This document shows, one piece after another, positions 56,636 to 64,000 of a stretch of DNA of 64,000 nucleotides. How positions within the stretch are numbered: the first letter of the stretch is position 1; each line of letters begins with the position of its first letter. The stretch lies in contig JBGAHS010000002.1 in NCBI GenBank assembly GCA_044226015.1, positions 561,571-625,570 on the forward strand, read 5' to 3'. Origin of the DNA: Candidatus Obscuribacteraceae bacterium. GTDB taxonomy: Bacteria > Cyanobacteriota > Vampirovibrionia > Obscuribacterales > Obscuribacteraceae. The notes below the pieces were generated by a model. The model did no database searches. It worked only from the letters and a program-made list of their open reading frames with translations, and was not told the DNA's origin. A program made the translations under genes and the position numbers.

Positions 56636-58252
56636 TCAACGGTGCCAATTGTTATCAATTTCAGCATCTCTCAATATCATAAGATCGATGCGATTAGGCG
56701 CGACACCTTTGACCCAGGGCTTACACATTGTGTTCTGCGTAGCCTGATAAGTGCATGCCACAGCAGCCTCTTCAGAACACAAAATATGGTCCGCCTGCTC
56801 GTAATATGCAAGACGTTTTTGTGGGTCTAATTCGCCTTCTGCAGCCATGACCAATCTGTCATATTCGGGGCTGGTCCACTGCGTATGATTGTTTGCGTTA
56901 TGACTTACAAACACACTGGCGAACGTTTCAGGGTCAGGGAAATCAGCGCCCCAGTTAGCCCTAAAAATGGGAGGCGGGTCACGATGAAGAGTATTCATGT
57001 AGACCTTAAATTCTTGATTTACCAGCTCCAAACGAATATTCAAGTTTCGCTTATATTGGTCTTGTATCTCTTCCACGACAAGCTTGGAGTCTTCGCGAGA
57101 TGGGTAGAGGATTTCAACTCTAGGAAAGCCTTTTCCATCAGGATAGCCAGCTTCCGCTAGTAGCTTCTTCGCCTTTTCTGGGTCGTAGCATGGTGGATCT
57201 TTAGCTTTGTAAGCAGAAAGTCCCTCAGGAATGAAGTTGTAGACCGGCTTTTCCTGTCTTCGTAAAATCTTCGGAAAGACTGATCGATCCAAAGCAAGAG
57301 AAAACGCTAATCGCAACTTTGCATTATCAAAAGGCTTTTTATGAACGTTGAAACCGATGTAGTCGGTCTTAAGCAGAGGAATATTTTTGTACTCGCTACT
57401 TTGCGCATGTTTAGCCACTTCCGGAGTGGGAAAGCTTCTATTGTCTAAATAATCAAGCTGGTCACTTTCATAAAGCGCAAATGCTGTTGCTTGCTCGGGC
57501 ACCATAAACATCTGCAAGTACTTTACCTTCGGAGCTCCTTCAAAGAACGTAGGATTTGCCTCAAGTTCAATTTTGTACTCATGCTTCCAATACTTAAGAA
57601 GAAAAGGTCCATTCACTACCATATTCTTTGGGTCTGTCCAGCGATTTCCATGCTGTTCAATTAAGTCCGCCCGCACAGGAAGTAACGCACACATGGCAGT
57701 AAGATTCAAAAAATATGACGCCGGTTTTCGCAGCCTCACTTCAAAAGTGTGCTCATCTGGACAGCTCATTCCAAGCTTATTTACGTCTTTGAGCTTGCCC
57801 GTATTGTAGTCGTAAGCGTTTTCGATTTCGTATAGAAAGAAGGCGTAGGGAGCAGCAGTCTCGGGGTTCAGCAAACGTCGCCAGGAATTCAAAAAGTCTT
57901 GCGAAACAACTGGTTTGCCATCAGACCATTTCGCGTCTTTTCTCAAATGAAACACGTACCGCTTGCCAGCATCGAGAATATCCCAACTTTCAGCACACGC
58001 TGGCGCGAGACTCAAGTCATTACGAAACCGAGTCAGTCCAACCATCAAATTACCAATTACATCGAATGAATTGTTATCTGTACTGACATGCCAATCTAAA
58101 CTCGGCGGCTCAGAACCCAGATTAACCCTGAGGGTGTCTTTCAGCGGCCCTGGTTTTACGCCACCGCAAGCGCTCAAGCTCAAACTGAAAGACATTAGCA
58201 AGACTATAGCGATGATACTCTGGAGTTGAGCTAACTTATTTTGATCAAACAT
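56636..58252 (-). CDS. oppA: oligopeptide ABC transporter substrate-binding lipoprotein
   Basis: Lipobox LSLSAC, EPPSLD, WSDG.PV...DF, NGPF.L, W.ADFPDP. No permease genes adjacent. Confidence 0.85.
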   Translation of the reverse strand: MFDQNKLAQLQSIIAIVLLMSFSLSLSACGGVKPGPLKDTLRVNLGSEPPSLDWHVSTDNNSFDVIGNLMVGLTRFRNDLSLAPACAESWDILDAGKRYVFHLRKDAKWSDGKPVVSQDFLNSWRRLLNPETAAPYAFFLYEIENAYDYNTGKLKDVNKLGMSCPDEHTFEVRLRKPASYFLNLTAMCALLPVRADLIEQHGNRWTDPKNMVVNGPFLLKYWKHEYKIELEANPTFFEGAPKVKYLQMFMVPEQATAFALYESDQLDYLDNRSFPTPEVAKHAQSSEYKNIPLLKTDYIGFNVHKKPFDNAKLRLAFSLALDRSVFPKILRRQEKPVYNFIPEGLSAYKAKDPPCYDPEKAKKLLAEAGYPDGKGFPRVEILYPSREDSKLVVEEIQDQYKRNLNIRLELVNQEFKVYMNTLHRDPPPIFRANWGADFPDPETFASVFVSHNANNHTQWTSPEYDRLVMAAEGELDPQKRLAYYEQADHILCSEEAAVACTYQATQNTMCKPWVKGVAPNRIDLMILRDAEIDNNWHR

Positions 58253-58262
58253 TCCATCGTAC

Positions 58263-60638
58263 CTACAATTTTGCAGCATTGATTCTCATCGAATTGAGTA
58301 TGACCGAAATGGAGCTAAGGCTCATGGCCGCTGCTGCTATTGATGGATCCAGCTCCAGACCAGTAAACTTATATAAGATTCCGGTTGCTAATACTAGTGC
58401 GACAACGTTGTATGCAAATGCCAAGAACAAATTCTCTTTCATTTTTGCAGTCATCAATCTCGCCAGTCTTATGCCTGAAACTATTACTCGCAAATCATTT
58501 TGCACCAGCGTAATGGGCGCGCTTGACAAAGCGATATCAGAACCAGTCGCCATGGCGATTCCCGAATTCGCAGCTTGCAAAGCCGCAACATCATTGACTC
58601 CATCACCAAGCATTGCAACTGTTTTGCCCTGCTGCTGGAATGATCTTATGCACTCAACTTTATCTGGAGGAAGTAGATTTGAATGCAAGTTAGAGACTGG
58701 AATCCCGAGAATTTTTCCAGCACCGTCAACACTGGAGGGTCCATCACCACTCAAGATGTGAGGCGAAACAGCCAATTCACGAAGCCCATCCACAAAGGGT
58801 TGCGAGTCACTCTTCAAAGTATCAGAAAGCACAATAACACCGGCGAACTTTCCATCAATTGCAAAATTAACAAGAGTCGATGCAGATCCCTCTGGCGGAG
58901 AAACCTTTACTGAGTCACTGAGAACCACACCTTGCTCTTTCAAGAATTGGGAGCTTCCAAGCAGCAAAGAACGTCCGTTTACTAATCCTCTGACACCCTT
59001 ACCAGGAAAAGACTGCACTTCTTCGCTTTTATAGAGCGACAGACCATCAGACTGAGCAGACTTTACTATTGACTGCGCAAGGGGATGCTTGCTTCCCTGT
59101 TCGAGACTAGCTACAAGCATTAATGCCTCGACGTCATCCATTTGAGTGAAAAGAATAGTATCGGAAATGACAAAGCGCCCTTCCGTCAGAGTTCCCGTTT
59201 TGTCCAGGAAGAAGTCAGTCGCCAACGAGAGTTCTTCCAACGCACGTGCATCCTTCACAAGCAGACCCAATCTCGAAGCGCGCGCCACCGCCACTGATAC
59301 CGCAATAGGAGTTGCAAGTCCTAGAGCGCAGGGGCAAGCAATCACTAAAACTGAGATGGTATCACGCACCGCATGGGTGAAAGCATGCTCTCCCCCAAGA
59401 GCTATCCAGATTCCAAATGTTAGGGCAGCTATGCAGAACACAGTGGGAATAAAAATGCCGCTAATACGATCAGCGAATTCCTGCATTGGAGATCTGCTGC
59501 GCTGAGAGCTAGAGAGGAGGTTTAGAACTTGAGCAAAAACTGTATCTCTTCCAAGAGAGCTTGCCTTCATCAAGAAACTTCCATCAAGGTTCAAGCTTCC
59601 TGCATAAACCTTGTCGCCCTTGTTTTTAACGACAGGAAGTGAATTTCCAGAGAGTATGGACTCATCAACGGAACCGGAACCGTCATCAATAAGACCATCT
59701 GCCGGAAATTTATCTCCAGGTCTAACCCTCAACATATCACCAGGTTTAACTTCCAGCACAGAAATTTCTTCCGACTTGCCGTTGGCAATCTCGCGAAAAG
59801 CTTTGCTTGGCGCGAGAGCGAAAAGCCCTTCAAGTGACTTATTTGATTGCTGTCTCGCTTTCAGTTCGAGAATTTGCCCCAGCAAAACAAGCATAACAAT
59901 GCTAGCCGAACTCTCAAAAAACAACATTCCCTGAGGGTCCAAAAGCTTTGCAAAAGGCGGAAAAAGCAATGCAATCAAACTGGTCGCATAACTGATGAAC
60001 GTGCCCAAGCCCACCAGGGTAAACATATTCAAGTGTTTCATCTTGATTGACTGGATAGCTTTTTCAAAAATAGGTAATGCGCCATAGAGCACCACCGGTG
60101 ATGCGAACACCAGCCCTACGACAGCCATGTATTGTGCTGGCACAATATGAAAATGCAAACCTAGCATGTGTGGCATGCTAACGAGCAAAAGAGGAACGGT
60201 CAGAAGAACAGAAAAAGCGAAGCGCTTTTTCATATCAGCAAGCTCGTTGCCACCTTGTTCATCGCTGGAATTAAAGGACGCTTCAAGTGCCATTCCGCAC
60301 TTAGGACACGAGCCCGGAAACTTTGAAACAACTTCCGGGTCCATTGGACAAGTGTAAGTTAATGCAGACTCGCTTAGATAAAACACCCGCAAATCGTCTG
60401 GTTTACTAGTTTCGGCATGAGTGCCGTGACAACAACTATGCCCAGCTTCTGGCTTGATTTGCCCGGTCACATCAGCTTTCGCAGAAAGATAAGAACCTGG
60501 TGATGCCAAAAATTTCTTACTACAGCCAACGTTGCAAAAATAGTAAGTTTGCCCCTGCCATTCAGCACTTACCGCAGCTCGGTCGGGTCTGACCTTCATT
60601 TTGCAAACAGGATCTTCTGCTAGCTGCTCTTCAGGCAT
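58263..60638 (-). CDS. copA: heavy-metal (Cu+/Ag+-type) P1B ATPase with YHS and metal-binding N-terminal domains
   Basis: DPVCKM...YYFC...C (YHS), YTCPMDP...CPKCGM, CPC, DKTGT, HP, GDGVND, YN, MxxSS. TGES replaced by SGNS. Confidence 0.85.
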   Translation of the reverse strand: MPEEQLAEDPVCKMKVRPDRAAVSAEWQGQTYYFCNVGCSKKFLASPGSYLSAKADVTGQIKPEAGHSCCHGTHAETSKPDDLRVFYLSESALTYTCPMDPEVVSKFPGSCPKCGMALEASFNSSDEQGGNELADMKKRFAFSVLLTVPLLLVSMPHMLGLHFHIVPAQYMAVVGLVFASPVVLYGALPIFEKAIQSIKMKHLNMFTLVGLGTFISYATSLIALLFPPFAKLLDPQGMLFFESSASIVMLVLLGQILELKARQQSNKSLEGLFALAPSKAFREIANGKSEEISVLEVKPGDMLRVRPGDKFPADGLIDDGSGSVDESILSGNSLPVVKNKGDKVYAGSLNLDGSFLMKASSLGRDTVFAQVLNLLSSSQRSRSPMQEFADRISGIFIPTVFCIAALTFGIWIALGGEHAFTHAVRDTISVLVIACPCALGLATPIAVSVAVARASRLGLLVKDARALEELSLATDFFLDKTGTLTEGRFVISDTILFTQMDDVEALMLVASLEQGSKHPLAQSIVKSAQSDGLSLYKSEEVQSFPGKGVRGLVNGRSLLLGSSQFLKEQGVVLSDSVKVSPPEGSASTLVNFAIDGKFAGVIVLSDTLKSDSQPFVDGLRELAVSPHILSGDGPSSVDGAGKILGIPVSNLHSNLLPPDKVECIRSFQQQGKTVAMLGDGVNDVAALQAANSGIAMATGSDIALSSAPITLVQNDLRVIVSGIRLARLMTAKMKENLFLAFAYNVVALVLATGILYKFTGLELDPSIAAAAMSLSSISVILNSMRINAAKL

Positions 60639-60665
60639 GAGCTGAAATTCCTTCTGCGGGCTGCA

Positions 60666-61865
60666 TCACATAAAGAAGAAAGCAGTGCCCAAAATAGCAT
60701 ATACAGCTAGCAGTTGCACACCTTCCATCCAATTGCACTCACCGTCATTAGTGACATATCCCAAAATAATGACAGATACAGTTATTGCCATAACCTCGAA
60801 TTCGGAAAAATACAGGTTCATCGGCTTGCCCATGATGAAACTGACAAAAACAAGAGCAGGGGCCACAAGTAGTGCTATTTGCGCTCCTGAGCCAAGCGCA
60901 ATGTTCAAGGCTAGATCCATTTTATTTTTCATAGCCATGTAAATTGCCGTGCTGTGCTCGGCGGCATTGCCCACAACGGCAACGAGAATTACACCTATGA
61001 AAATCTTGTTGATGTGCCACTCATTGGCGACCTTCTCGACCCCGTGGACAAGAAATTCACTAAGCAATACAACAAGTAAAGTAGAGACCAGGAGAACCGT
61101 GACACTAAGCTTGGTGCCCCACCCTTTGACACCGATAGCCTCTTCTGTTTCCCCATCGCCTTCCCGAACATAAAGATGTTTGTGCGTCTTTAGACTGAAA
61201 AGCAAGCTGAAAATGTACGTCAAAAACAGAACGATTGATATACCCAAAGCGAGATCGTCTTCGTTGCCTGAGTGCTTAGAGAAATGGTGAAAAATCGACG
61301 GAACTGTCAAACTGATCGCAGCAAGGGCTAGAAGCGTTGCAGATGTGCTCGCTGCTATCTTGTTAAACGACTGCGACTGAAACCGAACACCGCCCGCTAG
61401 CATACTTCCGCCTAAGACCAGAAGAATGTTACCGATAATAGAACCCGTAATAGATGCTTTAACAACATCGTCGTATCCCGCTCGCAGAGCCGCCAGAGCA
61501 ATAATGAATTCGCAAGCGTTCCCGAAAGTAGCATTGAGCAATGCACCAAGAGCAGTACCAATACGATCTGACAAATATTCCGTCGCCCGTCCCATCAAGC
61601 CCGCTAACGGCAGAATTGCCAGACAGGCTGCGAAAAACTCCAGTGCATGCATTTGCTTGCTTTCCGCGTAGAAAGCGACCGGAATAAATATCAGCAACAT
61701 GTCAGTGATTTTCAGTTGCGCAAGAATGCTGCGAAACTTAGGTCCACTGATATAAATCTGAGAATAGTTCAAGCTATCGAGCTTTTGAGGTTTGCTCTCG
61801 CTTGGTTTAGGCAAAGGAGTTTCTGGATTTCCCTGACTACTAGATTCTGCTGTTGGCTCGTCCAT
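60666..61865 (-). CDS. cax: Ca2+/H+ exchanger (CAX/ChaA family)
   Basis: LLNATFGNACE and VGNAAEH alpha repeats, NW.EG..L..Y. ATG 61865. Confidence 0.9.
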   Translation of the reverse strand: MDEPTAESSSQGNPETPLPKPSESKPQKLDSLNYSQIYISGPKFRSILAQLKITDMLLIFIPVAFYAESKQMHALEFFAACLAILPLAGLMGRATEYLSDRIGTALGALLNATFGNACEFIIALAALRAGYDDVVKASITGSIIGNILLVLGGSMLAGGVRFQSQSFNKIAASTSATLLALAAISLTVPSIFHHFSKHSGNEDDLALGISIVLFLTYIFSLLFSLKTHKHLYVREGDGETEEAIGVKGWGTKLSVTVLLVSTLLVVLLSEFLVHGVEKVANEWHINKIFIGVILVAVVGNAAEHSTAIYMAMKNKMDLALNIALGSGAQIALLVAPALVFVSFIMGKPMNLYFSEFEVMAITVSVIILGYVTNDGECNWMEGVQLLAVYAILGTAFFFM

Positions 61866-62139
61866 TGGATTTCCTGTCAATAGGATTTGAACATAGTATC
61901 GGACATTGAAAACACGAGCCGCAATACCGACCCTTAGAAAGTGTCTAAAAACAAACAACTGAGTAAATGATAACTGCTTGTCTGATTAAAATCACTGAAT
62001 GTGGTGGCTCAGAAAAACTTAACCGCCCTGATATTGAGCATAAATAAAAGTGGTGAATATCTCGTGTAACATACTTCAGCTATATATTATTGACTCTGCA
62101 CAAGCAGATCCGGACTTCAGCCGGACCAAGGAGGAAGCA

Positions 62140-63423
62140 ATGACCGCAGCCAAAACAGTGGAACGCCCGGCAATGGAGTGTGAAACTGAGCAATTTTTGA
62201 TGGTGCAAAGACAACTCGACGAAATTGCGTTGGAGATGGGTCTCGATCCCGAACTTCACGAGCGACTTCGCTATCCGAAGCGCGCTCTGATTGTCACTGT
62301 TCCAGTTCGCATGGACAACGGAAGCATCCAGACTTTTACCGGGTATCGCGTACACCATGACGTAACTCTTGGACCAGCTAAAGGCGGAATTCGCTTCCAT
62401 CCAGAAGTCAGCCTTGGTGAGGTGTCTGCACTAGCAACTTTGATGACCTGGAAGTGCGCGCTGATGGGGCTTCCTTACGGTGGAGCCAAAGGCGGCATCA
62501 GATGCCAACCATGGAGTCTTTCGACCACAGAGAAGGAAAGACTTACCCGCCGGTACACTTCTGAAATCATTTCACTCATCGGACCAGACAAAGACATTCC
62601 AGCTCCGGACATGTACACCAATGAACAAACCATGGCTTGGATCATGGACACCTACTCAATCAACGTCGGTCACTCAGTGCCCTCAGTCGTCACCGGAAAA
62701 CCTCTGTCGATCGGTGGTTCGCTGGGCCGTCACGAAGCCACAGGTCGCGGCGTAGCGTACTGCGTCAAACGTGCAGTAGAGTTCACGGGATTGAAAACAG
62801 AATCCCCGAGCGTGGTAGTTCAGGGATTCGGCAACGTGGGAGCTATAGCAGCCCGCTTGCTCCACGAGTCCGGCTACAAAATCGTCGCTGTTTCTGACGT
62901 TTACGGCGGCATCTACAACAAAGACGGACTGGACATTCCTCGCCTGCAAGCATGGTTGAGCGAAATGGGCAAAGTCTCTGGCTTCCGCAACTCAGAAGAC
63001 ATTAGCAATAGCGAACTTCTCGAACTTCCATGCGATGTGTTGATTCCAGCTGCACTGGGTCACCAAATTCTTGAGCACAACGCAGCGAAACTAAACTGCA
63101 AAATCATCGTAGAGGGCGCAAACGGACCAACCAGTCCTGAAGCAGACATGATTTTGCACGAGAAGGGAGTACTGGTTGTTCCGGACATTCTGGCAAACGC
63201 CGGCGGTGTGACCGTAAGCTACTTCGAGTGGGTACAGGGCTTGATGCACCTGTTCTGGACCGAAGACGAGGTCAATCAGAAATTGGAACAAATTATGGGT
63301 CGCGCATGCGATCAGGTCTTCGAAATGACCAAAAAGACAGGGTTGCGTCCCAGAATGTCGGCACTACGCATTGGCATCGGCAGACTGGCAGAAGCTAAGA
63401 AATTGCGTGGGCTCTACCCCTAA
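62140..63423 (+). CDS. gdhA: Glu/Leu/Phe/Val dehydrogenase (glutamate dehydrogenase)
   Basis: GPAKGGIRFHP, GGAKGG, DIPAPD, GFGNVG, EGANGP, NAGGVTVSYFEW. SD GGAGG before ATG 62140. Confidence 0.93.
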   Translation: MTAAKTVERPAMECETEQFLMVQRQLDEIALEMGLDPELHERLRYPKRALIVTVPVRMDNGSIQTFTGYRVHHDVTLGPAKGGIRFHPEVSLGEVSALATLMTWKCALMGLPYGGAKGGIRCQPWSLSTTEKERLTRRYTSEIISLIGPDKDIPAPDMYTNEQTMAWIMDTYSINVGHSVPSVVTGKPLSIGGSLGRHEATGRGVAYCVKRAVEFTGLKTESPSVVVQGFGNVGAIAARLLHESGYKIVAVSDVYGGIYNKDGLDIPRLQAWLSEMGKVSGFRNSEDISNSELLELPCDVLIPAALGHQILEHNAAKLNCKIIVEGANGPTSPEADMILHEKGVLVVPDILANAGGVTVSYFEWVQGLMHLFWTEDEVNQKLEQIMGRACDQVFEMTKKTGLRPRMSALRIGIGRLAEAKKLRGLYP

Positions 63424-63439
63424 AACCAAGAAAAATGGC

Positions 63440-63470
63440 AAAAACGGACTCGAAAGAGTCCGTTTTTTTT
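63440..63470 (+). terminator. intrinsic terminator of gdhA
   Basis: AAAAACGGACTC-gaaa-GAGTCCGTTTTT followed by a T run. Confidence 0.9.
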
Positions 63471-63603
63471 CGGACCCCGCCCGCTTTGAGAGACCTGTCT
63501 TATGGGTCCCTGTGAGTATTCCCTTACGGGGACCTTGTTTTTCGGGGACCTCGCTTTACGGACCTTGTTTTGTGGGGTCATCACCTATTTTGAGGATACC
63601 CTG
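63465..63603 (+). repeat. degenerate 14-17 bp tandem array, consensus about TTTWCGGGGACCTTG
   Basis: Units include TTTTCGGACCCCG, TTTGAGAGACCTG, CTTACGGGGACCTTG, TTTTTCGGGGACCTCG, CTTTACGGACCTTG, TTTTGAGGATACCCTG. Confidence 0.55.
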
Positions 63604-63926
63604 CTTGCTGAAATGTTCAGATGTGAACACAACTATCAGACCTCGGGTTGTCAATCGCGTTTTATGCAGCTGATAAAAGCGGCAAGACGCCAAGTTGATA
63701 AGGTCTGTTGAGCGATTGTCAGAAAAATCGCGATTTTTACCAGATCAGGCGAAAGACAGTCCACAAGCCGCTCGCACGAAGTTTTCAACAATTAAAGACA
63801 CTGTTTATTTGCCCAATTTTTAGGACGGAGGCTTAGTTCTCGGCGTTATGTGGCACAGAATAGGTGTTCAGATCAACTAGGCTAAGCTTTATCAGCCAAG
63901 CCCAGCCGTGCGAGATTATCGGACAA

Positions 63927-64000
63927 ATGTACCGTCCAAAACAAGCTCCGCAACAACCGGAAAAACCGCAAACGCAGAGGTTGGCCAAGGCGCCGACCCC
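63927..64000 (+). CDS. possible start of a gene running off the window
   Basis: ATG after GGA; frame open to the edge (MYRPKQAPQQPEKPQTQRLAKAPT). Too short to verify. Confidence 0.3.
   Translation, partial: MYRPKQAPQQPEKPQTQRLAKAPT

Overview
Gene-dense bacterial chromosomal window with about 45 plausible CDS and no rRNA, tRNA, CRISPR array, integrase or transposase that I can see. The gene repertoire (membrane Ser/Thr kinases with TPR-like tails, TPR-matrixin, GT-C glycosyltransferases, orphan response regulators, GlgP) resembles non-photosynthetic cyanobacterial relatives such as Vampirovibrionia/Obscuribacterales; this is an inference only. Left to right: a partial DUF1460 amidase-like gene; a lone Dsr1-like SIR2 anti-phage NADase behind a near-consensus sigma70 promoter with a palindromic operator; a SET methyltransferase; MBOAT/SGNH acylation module 1; umuDC; and a TPR-metzincin. 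Next is the main candidate novel system (13.2-21.2 kb), a highly divergent chaperone-usher-like pilus locus with four paralogous secreted pilin-like subunits, two paralogous chaperone-like proteins, an atypical usher-like protein and an embedded NarL-type regulator. It is followed by glgP, two orphan proteins, a disulfide oxidoreductase, MBOAT/SGNH module 2, three GT-C-type membrane glycosyltransferases and an LRV-REC-TPR regulator. A long minus-strand run (cax, Cu-type P1B ATPase with an altered TGES motif, oppA, two kinases, mutM, S10 peptidase, rhodanese, FAD oxidoreductase) and gdh close the window. Three intergenic 16-19 bp minisatellite arrays downstream of genes appear to share a core motif. 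All family calls come from motif recognition by eye; no database search was run.
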